Assembly (NCBI GenBank): GCA_947598325.1
Contig: CANQFD010000003.1
Span: forward strand, 22,860 to 86,859
Origin: an uncultured Bacilli bacterium
GTDB lineage: Bacteria; Bacillota_I; Bacilli_A; RF39; UBA660
Direction of reading: 5' to 3'
Length of the DNA stretch: 64,000 bases
Below the pieces are notes generated by a model. The model worked only from the letters and a program-made list of their open reading frames with translations, did not search any database and was not told the origin of the DNA. Made by a program: the position numbers and the translations under genes. Below are positions 1 through 10,493 of the stretch, piece by piece (the stretch's first letter is position 1; the number at the start of each line of letters is the position of its first letter).

Positions 1-358
1 GCGCTATTATATCTAGCATTCTTAGAAAATTAATATTCTTTTTCTTACAAAAAACATATACAAATAAAGCACCAAATATAAGCCCGCCATGAATTGCAAG
101 ACCTCCATTTCTTATTGCAAATATATCAATTGGGTTATTTAAATAGTATTTATAATTAAATATTACATAATATAGTCTTGCTCCTATAATTCCTATTATT
201 AATCCATAAAATATCATATCACTAATCAAATCTTTATTTATACCATGTTTTTTTGATTCTTTTATAATTAATACATAAGCTATAATAACCCCAAGTAATA
301 TAAATATTGAATAAAAATAAATGTTAAAACCTAGTATATTAAATGCAACCCTATTCAT
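1..358 (-). CDS. lgt: Prolipoprotein diacylglyceryl transferase, 5' part (runs off window)
   Basis: Manual translation from ATG at 358: MNRVAFNILGFNIYFYSIFILLG...GIIGARLYYVIF...RNGGLAIHGG, containing the Lgt GARLYYV and GGLAIHGG motifs; not in ORF track. Confidence 0.93.
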   Translation of the reverse strand, partial: MNRVAFNILGFNIYFYSIFILLGVIIAYVLIIKESKKHGINKDLISDMIFYGLIIGIIGARLYYVIFNYKYYLNNPIDIFAIRNGGLAIHGGLIFGALFVYVFCKKKNINFLRMLDIIA

Positions 359-785
359 TATTACACCTTCTTATGATAGGTTTTATTATTAATTCCTCCA
401 TAAAAAAATTCATTACACTTATCATAACCGCAATAAGAACTCCACTTATAATACCATGTATATGAAAGTGATTACCTAATATAAAATCAACTATTTTTAA
501 AATAAATAAATTAATAAATGGATAAAATAGACCAAATGTTAGTCCTGTTATAGGTATTGTTAATTTAAAAATGATTGGTTTTATAGTTTTATTAAGTAAA
601 TATATTATTAATACTGCAAGGAAACCATATAGAATATTATCAATGTCAAAAGAATTAAATATTTTATCTATTAAAACTAAAACTATCGTGTATCCTATCA
701 TATAAAGTATCCAGTCAATAAATTTATTTAATTTTATTTCATGACCTTTTTCTGTAATAATCTTCATATTAATCATATCCTTCAC
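351..785 (-). CDS. Phage holin family (YvlD-like) membrane protein
   Basis: 4-TM protein with IKPIIFKLTIPITGLTFGLFYPFIN motif; lies between uvrA and lgt like B. subtilis yvlD. Confidence 0.75.
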   Translation of the reverse strand: MKDMINMKIITEKGHEIKLNKFIDWILYMIGYTIVLVLIDKIFNSFDIDNILYGFLAVLIIYLLNKTIKPIIFKLTIPITGLTFGLFYPFINLFILKIVDFILGNHFHIHGIISGVLIAVMISVMNFFMEELIIKPIIRRCNNE

Positions 786-828
786 GTTTAATAATTATAT
801 CATCAATTAAGAAAAATAAAAAGACATT

Positions 829-3639
829 TTATAAAACATCTTTTAAAAATTTCCCTGTATAACTCTTTGTTTCTTGTACAATCTTTTCTGGTGTTCCACT
901 AAATATTATTTCTCCACCATCATCTCCGCCTTCAGGTCCTAAATCAATTATGTGATCAGCTTGTGCTATTACATCTAAATTATGTTCTATAATTATTACT
1001 GTATCACCATTATCTACTATTCTATTTAGTATTTTAAGTAACTTCTTAATATCATGTGTATGAAGACCTGTTGTAGGCTCATCTAAAATAAATAAGCTTT
1101 TCCCTGTAGGTTTTTTCTGAAGTTCTTTTGCAAGTTTTACTCTTGATGCTTCACCACCAGATAATGTTGGTGCACTTTGACCTAACTTCATATATCCTAG
1201 ACCAACATTTAAAAGAACTTCTAATTTGGATTTTACTTTTGGAATATTTTCAAAAAACATATAAGCATCTTCTACTGTCATATTTAAAACATCGTTTATA
1301 TTTTTTCCCTTATATTTTATTTGAAGAGTCTCACTATTATATCTTGTCCCGTGACAAATTTCACAAGGAACATATACATCTGGAAGAAAATGCATTTCTA
1401 TTTTTTTAACTCCATCTCCAAAACATGCTTCACATCTTCCACCTTTTACATTAAATGAAAATCTTCCTTTATCATATCCTCTTATCTTAGCTTCTTTAGT
1501 ACTTGCAAAAACATCCCTAATATCATCAAATACTCCTGTATAAGTTGCAGGATTACTTCTTGGAGTTTTTCCAATAGGATCCTGAGATATATTAACTATT
1601 TTATCTAAATATTCTATTCCTTTTATTTCTTTATGCTTTCCTGGTCTTTCCTTTGTTTTATATAATGAATTTCTAACAACCTTATATAATATTTGATTTA
1701 CAAGAGTAGATTTTCCTGATCCTGACACTCCTGTTACACATATAAATTTTCCAAGTGGGAACTTAACATTTATGTTTTTTAGATTATTTTCTTTAGCACC
1801 TCTTACTTCTAAATTTAAACCATTTCCTTTTCTTCTCTTTTTTGGAACTTCTATTCTTTCTTTTCCAGATAAATATTTTCCTGTTATACTATTTTCATTT
1901 TCCATAACCTCTTTAGGAGTACCAGTTGCAACCACATAACCACCTTTTTCTCCTTGCATAGGACCTATATCAACCAAATAATCAGCTTGAAGCATAGTAT
2001 CATGATCATGTTCAACTACAATAAGTGTATTACCTAAATCTCTCATTTCTATCATAGAGTTAATTAACTTTTGATTATCTCTTTGATGAAGTCCAATTGA
2101 TGGTTCATCTAGAACATATAATATTCCTGTTAATCTAGAACCTATTTGTGTAGCAAGTCTTATTCTTTGACTCTCCCCTCCAGATAAAGTTGCAGCTGTT
2201 CTATTTAATGTTAAATATTCAAGACCAACATTTATTAAAAATTCTAATCTATCTTTTATTTCTTTTAATATAATTTCAGATATTTGCTTTTGTTCTTTAG
2301 TAAGTTTTAGTTTATCAATAAATTCATATAATTTTTTTATACTTAAATTACAAACATCATATATATTTTTATTATTTATATAAATATTAAGAACACTTTG
2401 TGATAATCTAGCACCATGACAATGTTCACATTCTTGTTCAACCATATATCCTTCAAGCCACTGTCTAATAAATGAAGAAGTTGTTTCTTTGTATCTTCTT
2501 TCAAGCAGATTTATTACACCTTCATATACTTCTATTTTATTATATGTATTACCACTTTTTGAGTAAAAATTGAAGTGAATAGGTTTATCACTGCCATAAA
2601 GAACTAAATTTATTTCTTTCTTACTTAACTTTTCCACAGGTTTATTCATATCTATATTATTTTTTTTACAAAATGTTTCTAATTTTTGGATATATATATT
2701 TGTATCTTCCATATTCTTAAATGGAAGAATTGCTCCTTCACTTAAAGTTTTACTTCTATCTGGGATTACTAAATCAACATCCATTTTTTGTTTAAAACCA
2801 AGTCCTTTACAATATGGACATGCACCGTATGGAGCATTAAACGAAAATATCCTTGGTTCTAGTTCCTTAAGTGAATAATTACAGTGTGGACATGCAAATG
2901 TCTCACTTAATATTATTTCTTCCTTTCCAATAACATCTACAATAACCTTTCCCTTTGATAATTTAGATGCAGTTTCAAGTGATTCATACAACCTACTTCT
3001 AATACCTTCCTTAATTATAAGTCTGTCAATTATTACATCAATATTATCTTTTTTATTTTTCTCCAAAATAATTTCTTCGCTTAAATCATATATTTCTTTA
3101 TTTATACGTACTCTAGCATAACCTTCTTTTCTTAGATTATTTAAAGTATCAATATGAGTCCCTTTTTCTCCTTCAACAACTGGACTTAATATCATTATTT
3201 TAGTTCCAATATCAAGTTCTAAAATCTTGTTTGTCATCTCTTCAATAGATTGACTCGTTATTGGAATATGATGATTTGGACAATAAGGAATTCCTATTCT
3301 AGAAAATAACAATCTTAAGTAATCATATATTTCTGTTACTGTTCCAACAGTACTTCTAGGATTTCTATTAGTTGTTTTTTGATCAATACTAATAGATGGA
3401 CTTAATCCTTCTATTAAATCAACATCTGGTTTTTCTGAACCACCTAAAAATTGTCTTGCATAACTACTTAAGCTTTCAACATATCTTCTTTGTCCTTCAG
3501 CATATATTGTATCAAATGCAAGTGATGATTTACCAGAACCCGATACACCTGTCATAACTATTAGTTTATTTTTTGGTAAATCTAAATCTATATTTTTTAA
3601 ATTATTTTCTCTCGCTCCTCTTATTATTATTTTATCCAC
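829..3639 (-). CDS. uvrA: Excinuclease ABC subunit A
   Basis: Two ABC ATPase domains (GVSGSGKS, LSGGE), zinc fingers, 936 aa. Confidence 0.99.
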   Translation of the reverse strand: MDKIIIRGARENNLKNIDLDLPKNKLIVMTGVSGSGKSSLAFDTIYAEGQRRYVESLSSYARQFLGGSEKPDVDLIEGLSPSISIDQKTTNRNPRSTVGTVTEIYDYLRLLFSRIGIPYCPNHHIPITSQSIEEMTNKILELDIGTKIMILSPVVEGEKGTHIDTLNNLRKEGYARVRINKEIYDLSEEIILEKNKKDNIDVIIDRLIIKEGIRSRLYESLETASKLSKGKVIVDVIGKEEIILSETFACPHCNYSLKELEPRIFSFNAPYGACPYCKGLGFKQKMDVDLVIPDRSKTLSEGAILPFKNMEDTNIYIQKLETFCKKNNIDMNKPVEKLSKKEINLVLYGSDKPIHFNFYSKSGNTYNKIEVYEGVINLLERRYKETTSSFIRQWLEGYMVEQECEHCHGARLSQSVLNIYINNKNIYDVCNLSIKKLYEFIDKLKLTKEQKQISEIILKEIKDRLEFLINVGLEYLTLNRTAATLSGGESQRIRLATQIGSRLTGILYVLDEPSIGLHQRDNQKLINSMIEMRDLGNTLIVVEHDHDTMLQADYLVDIGPMQGEKGGYVVATGTPKEVMENENSITGKYLSGKERIEVPKKRRKGNGLNLEVRGAKENNLKNINVKFPLGKFICVTGVSGSGKSTLVNQILYKVVRNSLYKTKERPGKHKEIKGIEYLDKIVNISQDPIGKTPRSNPATYTGVFDDIRDVFASTKEAKIRGYDKGRFSFNVKGGRCEACFGDGVKKIEMHFLPDVYVPCEICHGTRYNSETLQIKYKGKNINDVLNMTVEDAYMFFENIPKVKSKLEVLLNVGLGYMKLGQSAPTLSGGEASRVKLAKELQKKPTGKSLFILDEPTTGLHTHDIKKLLKILNRIVDNGDTVIIIEHNLDVIAQADHIIDLGPEGGDDGGEIIFSGTPEKIVQETKSYTGKFLKDVL

Positions 3640-3739
3640 TCAAAACACTTCCTTCGGCATATTATTATACCAAATTTATTAAAATTTATGTAGCGAACAT
3701 TTTATATTTTGAATATATTATTTAAGAATAGGAGATTTT

Positions 3740-4270
3740 ATGAGTATATTATTGTTTATAACAAGTATAAATAAAACTTTGGATAATGTTGATAAAAAAG
3801 ATTATATAGAGTTAATAAATAATTTAAAAAAAATTATGGAAAATAATTATATTGACTTAACATATATTAGTTTTTGTGATAATACTCCAAATAAAAATAT
3901 GATTCTTTATCATACGCGAAATATAGATTATAATATTAATACTAATCATATATATTTAGGAAAGCAGTTTTTAGGCAATGCATATTATAATGATATAAAT
4001 TCTGGAGAAATACTTTATAAAAATGGTAAATTAAATAAATTAAGTGAAATAATTAATTATGTTAAAGAGCTTGAAAATAATTATAATGAAGTCAAACTTA
4101 TAATAGTTGATAATGAATTAAACACTAATATATATGAAAATGAATTAAATCAATGTGGTATCAATCCTCTTGCTTTAATTTCACATACAACTTCGCTTAA
4201 AGAAATAAACGAATATCTACAAAATTTAAGTGATATTAAAAAAAAGAATTTAAATGTTAAATTAACTTAA
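3740..4270 (+). CDS. Hypothetical protein inserted between uvrB and uvrA
   Basis: 176-aa ORF with GGAG RBS; weak resemblance to a degenerate HAD fold. Confidence 0.75.
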   Translation: MSILLFITSINKTLDNVDKKDYIELINNLKKIMENNYIDLTYISFCDNTPNKNMILYHTRNIDYNINTNHIYLGKQFLGNAYYNDINSGEILYKNGKLNKLSEIINYVKELENNYNEVKLIIVDNELNTNIYENELNQCGINPLALISHTTSLKEINEYLQNLSDIKKKNLNVKLT

Positions 4271-4280
4271 ATTCTTTTTT
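4240..4280. terminator. Bidirectional intrinsic terminator
   Basis: AAAAAAGAATTTAA...TTAAATTCTTTTTT inverted repeat at convergent gene ends. Confidence 0.7.
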
Positions 4281-6231
4281 ACTGCATTTTTATCTCAAAT
4301 AATAAATCACGAAGATATGTTGCTCTTTCAAAATCCAATTCCTTCGCTGCTTCCATCATTTCTTTTTCTAATTTTTCAATTACTTTCTTTTTATCTTTTC
4401 TTTTATAAATTTCAGATATTTTTTCATCTTTTATTTCATCCGTATTCTTAATTAAATCTTGAATATCTTTTTTTATTGTAGTTGGAACTATATTATGTTT
4501 TCGATTGTAATCTTCTTGAATACTTCTTCTTCTTTGTGTCTCTTTAATAGCCTTATCCATGGCATCACTTATTTCATCCGCATACATTATTACATTACCA
4601 TTTGAATTTCTAGCTGCTCTACCTATTGTTTGTATTAAACTTCTTTCACTTCTTAAAAATCCTTGCTTGTCAGCATCTAAAATAGCTATTAATGATACTT
4701 CTGGAATATCTATTCCTTCTCTAAGTAAATTAACTCCTACTACCACATCATACTTTCCTAATCTTAAATCACGAACAATTTCCATTCTCTCTAAAGTCTT
4801 TATTTCATTATGTAAATACGCAACCTTTATATCTGCATTTTTTAAATAATTTGTTAACTCCTCACTCATCCTTATCGTTAGTGTAGTAACAAGTGTTCTT
4901 TCATTTTTAGCGATTCTTTTTTGAATTTGTTCTATTAAGTCATCTATTTGATTTAAAGTTGGTTTTATTTCTATTGTTGGATCTAAAAGCCCTGTTGGTC
5001 TTATTATCTGTTCTACAATTTCCCCACCAGTTTTTTCAAGCTCATAATCTCCAGGAGTTGCTGAAACATATATAACTTGATTTATTTTATTTTCAAATTC
5101 ATCAAATTTAAGAGGTCTATTATCAAGGGCACTTGGAAGTCTAAATCCATACTCAACTAATATTGATTTTCTTGCTCTATCGCCATTATACATAGCGCGA
5201 ACTTGTGGAAGAGTTACATGAGATTCGTCTATTACTAATAGAAAATCTTTAGGAAAAAAGTCAATTAATGTAGTTGGTGTTTCACCTTCTTTTCTAAAAG
5301 CTAAATGCCTGCTATAATTTTCTATTCCTTTACAAAAGCCTGTTTCTTCCATCATTTCTAAGTCATAATTAGTTCTTTGTTCCAATCTTTGAAATTCCAA
5401 AAGTTTATTATTTTCTTTAAAGTATTTCAATCTATCATTTAATTCTTCCCTAATATTTTTAATTGCTTTTTTTAGCTTTTCCTCACTTGTTACAAAATGT
5501 GAAGCCGCAAATATCGTTATAGTTTGTTTTTGACTTATAACAGCTCCTGTAACTGTATCAAACTCAATTAACTTTTCAACTTCGTCACCAAACAAATCTA
5601 TTCTATATGCCGTATTTCTTGAATAAGCTGGAACAATTTCAATAGTATCCCCTCTTGTCCTAAACGTACCACGAACTAAATCCATATTGTTTCTCTCATA
5701 GAGCATTTCAACTAGTTTTTCTAAAATCTTATCCCTATCAATAATATCTCCTACTTTTAAAGATAAAATTTTATTTTCATATTCCTCTTTTTCACCTAAA
5801 CCATAAATACATGATACCGAAGCAACTACTATTACATCATCTCTTGATATAAGGGCTGATGTTGCACTATGTCTAAGTTCATCAATTTCATCATTTATTG
5901 ATGCATCCTTTTCAATAAATGTATCACTAGATGGTACATAAGCTTCCGGCTGATAATAATCATAATATGATACAAAGTATTCTACTCTATTCTCAGGAAA
6001 TAATTCTTTAAACTCTGAGTAAAGTTGTCCCGCAAGCGTCTTATTATGGGCTAAAACTAAAGTTGGTTTATTAACTTTCTCTATTACATTTGCAATAGTA
6101 AAAGTTTTACCTGTTCCTGTTGCTCCTAATAAAACCTGGTTTTTCTTGCCTTCGTTAATTCCTTTAACTAACTCTTCTATTGCTTCCGGTTGATCACCTG
6201 ATGGTTTATATTTAGATACTAATTTGAACAT
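4279..6231 (-). CDS. uvrB: Excinuclease ABC subunit B
   Basis: [22 protein letters not shown] motifs; start placed at ATG 6231 (MFKLVSKY) behind GGAGGT RBS. Confidence 0.99.
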   Translation of the reverse strand: MFKLVSKYKPSGDQPEAIEELVKGINEGKKNQVLLGATGTGKTFTIANVIEKVNKPTLVLAHNKTLAGQLYSEFKELFPENRVEYFVSYYDYYQPEAYVPSSDTFIEKDASINDEIDELRHSATSALISRDDVIVVASVSCIYGLGEKEEYENKILSLKVGDIIDRDKILEKLVEMLYERNNMDLVRGTFRTRGDTIEIVPAYSRNTAYRIDLFGDEVEKLIEFDTVTGAVISQKQTITIFAASHFVTSEEKLKKAIKNIREELNDRLKYFKENNKLLEFQRLEQRTNYDLEMMEETGFCKGIENYSRHLAFRKEGETPTTLIDFFPKDFLLVIDESHVTLPQVRAMYNGDRARKSILVEYGFRLPSALDNRPLKFDEFENKINQVIYVSATPGDYELEKTGGEIVEQIIRPTGLLDPTIEIKPTLNQIDDLIEQIQKRIAKNERTLVTTLTIRMSEELTNYLKNADIKVAYLHNEIKTLERMEIVRDLRLGKYDVVVGVNLLREGIDIPEVSLIAILDADKQGFLRSERSLIQTIGRAARNSNGNVIMYADEISDAMDKAIKETQRRRSIQEDYNRKHNIVPTTIKKDIQDLIKNTDEIKDEKISEIYKRKDKKKVIEKLEKEMMEAAKELDFERATYLRDLLFEIKMQ

Positions 6232-6337
6232 ATTTACCTCCTTACTATTGCTACTCTCAATCACGAATTTACCAAATAACACTAAACAATATTAAATCAA
6301 TTTCAATACTATATTTTATCACTATTTTATAAACAAA

Positions 6338-6365
6338 ACAAGGAAACTACTATATGTTTCCCTGT
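6338..6365 (-). terminator. Intrinsic terminator upstream of uvrB
   Basis: ACAGGGAAAC-N8-GTTTCCTTGT followed by T-rich tract on minus strand. Confidence 0.55.
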
Positions 6366-6482
6366 TATTATTTTTAGCTTTTTTGATATATTTAATAAAA
6401 ATTACTAAACAAATCAAATAAAACAATATTTTTCTATTAAAATCAAAAATAGCAATTTATAATATATTATTTTTATTAATTT

Positions 6483-7388
6483 TTACCATTTTTTATAAAA
6501 AAATATTACTGCGTTAGAAGATTCATCAATTCCTATTATTTTATATTCACCATGATTACAATAACTAGAATTATCACAGAATCCGTCTAAATAATATATA
6601 TTAAAGGCACTTATATCTTCTTTTTTTGTATATTCAAGAAAGTTATCATCTAAATAATACTTATTTTTTATAAAATTAAACTCTCCATTATTTTTTGAAA
6701 TCTTTTTAATATCTTTTTTATAATTTTGAATTAGAGAATCATTAGATTCATAATATAATGAAAATACTTCACTACCCTGTAAAAAAGAGGGATGATAATG
6801 AAATATGATATTCCTTACGCCTTTTGGAATTTTATTAGGAAATTCAAATTTTTTCTTAAAATAAAAATTTCGTACTCTCCAATAATTTATGCTATTATTT
6901 ACTCCATCACTTGCCATAATAAAAATTGTAGAAGTTAATACAATAAAAATATACAGTATAGAAGAAAAAATTAATAAAATTTGTATTAAATTTATTTTCT
7001 TAAGTTTTAAAATTTGTTTTCTATTTAAGTAAATTAATATTAATGAAAACATAGTTGGAATAAAGAATAATATAGTAATAATTACTGATTTAAAAATATC
7101 TTCTATAATGAATATACTTCTAAAGTAAATAAATGTAAGAAAATTAAGTATTGCACATAAATACACAAAATTTTCGGAAAAAAATTTTATTATTTGTAAA
7201 TTTCTTAATTTTAAGTAAATTAACGTAATTGGTAATGCTATCAAAAACCATATAAATATTATTATAATCATTCCAATAAATGTATCAAAAAAATCTTTAA
7301 CACTATCTGAATCAATAACCATAATTATAATAAATAAAAATGTTGGTATTAAAAATATTTTAAGATAGCATTTTATATTTTCTTTCAT
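6483..7388 (-). CDS. Hypothetical multi-pass membrane protein with C-terminal soluble domain
   Basis: About 5 hydrophobic segments then a hydrophilic domain; GGAGG RBS. Confidence 0.75.
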   Translation of the reverse strand: MKENIKCYLKIFLIPTFLFIIIMVIDSDSVKDFFDTFIGMIIIIFIWFLIALPITLIYLKLRNLQIIKFFSENFVYLCAILNFLTFIYFRSIFIIEDIFKSVIITILFFIPTMFSLILIYLNRKQILKLKKINLIQILLIFSSILYIFIVLTSTIFIMASDGVNNSINYWRVRNFYFKKKFEFPNKIPKGVRNIIFHYHPSFLQGSEVFSLYYESNDSLIQNYKKDIKKISKNNGEFNFIKNKYYLDDNFLEYTKKEDISAFNIYYLDGFCDNSSYCNHGEYKIIGIDESSNAVIFFYKKW

Positions 7389-7421
7389 TATAGTTATTCC
7401 TCCTATAATTATAATTTTTAC

Positions 7422-7961
7422 TTACTTTATATTACTTTTTATTTTACTACGATAAATATCTTTCCTTATACCTCTAACAAATTCAATTTGTTCTGTATTT
7501 AATGCTGTTTTTTCTATTATGTTATCATTTTCTATATCTACTAAGTGAAAATAATGATTAGTTTCTATTATTTTTTTTAAATCTTTATAATCCACTCTTA
7601 CAATAATATAATTACTTCTTTTAATAAAATAATTACTATAAAATTCCATAGTATATTTCTTAGCATTAGATTCTTTTTCAAGTCTTTGATATCTAACTTG
7701 TATTTCTCCTTTAAGTTTGCATAATTTAATTAATAGAAATACTCCAATAATAGGGAGATATGCCTCTAATACATTTATTATTGAACCCCTATCAAAAGTA
7801 TTTAAAATTAGCACAAAAATTAGAAATAATATAGAATAAAATATAAAATTGATCCATAATGTAAGTTTAAAAGTTTTAACATAATCATTATATTGTTTGA
7901 TATCAATTTCTCCGCTTACATCAAAAATTTTTTTCTCTTTTTTATTTAAAATATTATTCAT
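7422..7961 (-). CDS. YcxB-like membrane protein (paralogue 1)
   Basis: 2 TM plus YTMEFYSNYF...VDYKDLKKIIETNHYFHL C-terminal domain. Confidence 0.65.
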   Translation of the reverse strand: MNNILNKKEKKIFDVSGEIDIKQYNDYVKTFKLTLWINFIFYSILFLIFVLILNTFDRGSIINVLEAYLPIIGVFLLIKLCKLKGEIQVRYQRLEKESNAKKYTMEFYSNYFIKRSNYIIVRVDYKDLKKIIETNHYFHLVDIENDNIIEKTALNTEQIEFVRGIRKDIYRSKIKSNIK

Positions 7962-8011
7962 AATTAAAATTACCCTTTCTTTTTTTTCTTTACTTAGTAA
8001 AGTTAGTTAAA

Positions 8012-8542
8012 TTAATTCTTGATTTTATTATAATAAATTCCTTTTCTTATATCTCTAATAAATTGAATTTGATCTTCATTTAGTCCTGACTTTTTAAAAC
8101 TTACATTAGTACTTTTAAACTCTATATGAAAATAATTATTAGTCTCTACTACTTTTTTTATTTCCCCATAATCTACTTTCATAACAATATAATCTCCTTT
8201 TTTTATGAAATAATTATTATAAAATTCTATAGTATATTCCTTATCTTTAATTCTTTTTTCAACACTATTATATCTAAGATTTTTTTCTCTTTTTATTCTA
8301 CATAATTTAAATAAGATAAAAACTATTGCAACAATACTATATTTTACAATTAAATCAATTATCGTACCTCTTTGAAAAGTATTTATTGTGAGTACTAGCA
8401 ATAAAAATAATGTTAAATAAGATATATAATCAAGAAATATTAATTTTTTTGAAACATTCAAGTAATCACTAAATTGTTTAATATTAAATTCTCCTTTTAT
8501 GGAAAATAATTCTTTTTCACCATTATTTAAATTTTTATCCAT
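8012..8542 (-). CDS. YcxB-like membrane protein (paralogue 2)
   Basis: Aligns end to end with the neighbouring ORF (YTIEFYNNYF...VDYGEIKKVVETNNYFHI). Confidence 0.65.
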   Translation of the reverse strand: MDKNLNNGEKELFSIKGEFNIKQFSDYLNVSKKLIFLDYISYLTLFLLLVLTINTFQRGTIIDLIVKYSIVAIVFILFKLCRIKREKNLRYNSVEKRIKDKEYTIEFYNNYFIKKGDYIVMKVDYGEIKKVVETNNYFHIEFKSTNVSFKKSGLNEDQIQFIRDIRKGIYYNKIKN

Positions 8543-8807
8543 ATTTTAAATCACCTTCTATTTTATTGTATCACAATTTATAATAAATTCACTTTTTTTG
8601 AAATATTTTATATTATTCTAATCTGATGTATTATTATCAATATACTTTTTTATTTTCAATATGATTATAATTTCTATATTTTTTATTTTTTTATTTCATA
8701 TCCTGACATTTTAAAACTATTTAAATCTCCAAGATAAACTATTTTTTTCTTATTTATTACTGGGCATATAATATAACATATTAAAGAATTTAATTTATCA
8801 AAAAAAG

Positions 8808-8842
8808 AATGACCATGGTACAAATATGTATGATGGTCATTT
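8808..8842. terminator. Hairpin, probable terminator
   Basis: AATGACCAT...ATGGTCATT inverted repeat flanked by A and T tracts. Confidence 0.5.
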
Positions 8843-8928
8843 TTAATGTGAAGAAGTTCCATAGCTATATATTACTTTACTATTTATGATATAGTTTTAT
8901 TGTTTACATTCATATCCAGATTCTTTCC

Positions 8929-8964
8929 ATTATGAGCTAAAACTAAGGTTGGTTCATTAACTTT
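8929..8964 (-). repeat. 36-bp degenerate copy of uvrB nt 6043-6078
   Basis: attatgagctaaaactaaggttggttcattaacttt vs attatgggctaaaactaaagttggtttattaacttt (33/36); reads [12 protein letters not shown] vs Uvr[13 protein letters not shown]. Confidence 0.85.
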
Positions 8965-8984
8965 TTATAATATTAAATACATGA

Positions 8985-9866
8985 TTATTTTTTATATTTT
9001 TTGTTCATAAATGCTCTATCAGTTTCTATCCTAGATAAGGCATATTTAACATTTAATTCTCCTTCTTCATTAAAAATATCAAAATTATCTTCTTCTATTT
9101 CTGATAATGTTTTTTGTATTGAAGAGTTATCTAAATTACATAATAAACTGCGTAAGTAAATACTTCTTATATAGGAATTAAATGGTTTATTAATATCTAG
9201 TTTTGATCTCATTATATATATTTCATTTAATAGTCTATTACATGATGTTGTATACATTTCCTCTATGTAGAATGTTTTAAATATATCCCAAAGTTCTTTA
9301 AATAACAAATTTTCTTTTTCAATTAAGTTATCAACATCAAAATTATTGTTTATTAATTCTTCTTCTAAATATGGATTAATAAACATTGATTTATGGATTA
9401 TATTCATTTTTTGTTTCATAAATAGATTTTCATCATATAACAACAAATCAAGAAATCTTAGTTCAATTTTTGAACTTATTTTAAATTTTAATTCTTCTTT
9501 TGCATTATTATATAAATTTTTATCTATTTTCATTGATAATTTTTTATCTCCTATTAACAACATATCTTTAGAATTATTTTCTGGTACATAAATTTGTAAC
9601 ATTTGTTTATAAATTCTTAAAAATATACGTCTTATAATAGATAAATTTTTATCATTGAAAAGAATTATTTCATGATTAGAAAAATCCTGTTGATTTTCAT
9701 ATAAAGTTTTATATTTTGTATATATACTTTCTAATTCTTCTAAGGTTAATTCGTTATATAATTGATCTTCTTTATGTATTATATCTTTAATTTTATTACG
9801 ATTTCCATATGGAAATTCATAATAATTATATAAATCTGATACTATTTCTATTATTTTATTTTCCAT
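8985..9866 (-). CDS. Hypothetical soluble protein
   Basis: 293-aa ORF, AGGTG RBS, no recognisable motif. Confidence 0.75.
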   Translation of the reverse strand: MENKIIEIVSDLYNYYEFPYGNRNKIKDIIHKEDQLYNELTLEELESIYTKYKTLYENQQDFSNHEIILFNDKNLSIIRRIFLRIYKQMLQIYVPENNSKDMLLIGDKKLSMKIDKNLYNNAKEELKFKISSKIELRFLDLLLYDENLFMKQKMNIIHKSMFINPYLEEELINNNFDVDNLIEKENLLFKELWDIFKTFYIEEMYTTSCNRLLNEIYIMRSKLDINKPFNSYIRSIYLRSLLCNLDNSSIQKTLSEIEEDNFDIFNEEGELNVKYALSRIETDRAFMNKKYKK

Positions 9867-9919
9867 ACTTGTTCACCTAAAATTATACTTTTAAATTAAT
9901 TTATATATAAATAATAATC

Positions 9920-10390
9920 TTATAATGTTTTTTTAACATTATCATTATATTCATAAAAATTAATTATATCTTGATATGTTTCAGTAGTATATATTTTTAC
10001 TCCTGCGAACTCCTTTGCAAATTTTGGATCTTTATAAAATTTAAGCATTCTATCATCATAACAAAGTGTTCCTTCTTTGTTAATGTAATATGATCCATTT
10101 ATATTCTCTTTATCACAATCTGCAATTCTTATTATTTCGTTTTTAATATCGTTTGCCATTAAATATCTAAATTCATCAAAATTACATTTATGATTTTTTA
10201 AAGCCATACCATTTAAATCCATTTGAGAACAGATCTTTATATAATCATCTTCACTTACATTACACACATAAAATGCTAAGTCCTTATATAAATCAATAAA
10301 TTCATATATTGTAAGTGGAAAAATATCCTTTAATCCTCTATATTGAGCAACAACAGTTTTTCTATTAAACGAATCGTTATTATTTTTCAC
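9920..10390 (-). CDS. Hypothetical soluble protein
   Basis: 156-aa ORF, GTG start, GAGGGGG RBS, own promoter. Confidence 0.75.
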   Translation of the reverse strand: MKNNNDSFNRKTVVAQYRGLKDIFPLTIYEFIDLYKDLAFYVCNVSEDDYIKICSQMDLNGMALKNHKCNFDEFRYLMANDIKNEIIRIADCDKENINGSYYINKEGTLCYDDRMLKFYKDPKFAKEFAGVKIYTTETYQDIINFYEYNDNVKKTL

Positions 10391-10424
10391 TTTTTTACCC
10401 CCTCATAAAATTTTAATAGTACAT

Positions 10425-10453
10425 ATTCTATCCTAAATGGTCTTTAATGTCAA
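10425..10453 (-). promoter_or_regulatory. SigA-type promoter for the 10390/9866 genes
   Basis: TTGACA-N17-TAGAAT on minus strand. Confidence 0.75.
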
Positions 10454-10493
10454 ATTTTTTTGCAATAATAAAAAGAATCCTTTAAGATTCTTT

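Noticed and set aside
3690-3710. CGAACATTTT upstream of uvrA as a LexA (Cheo) box
   Set aside because: Only a half-site; GTTC half missing
8600-8780. Possible gene remnant in the 8543-8984 intergenic region
   Set aside because: Short interrupted frames with no recognisable homology
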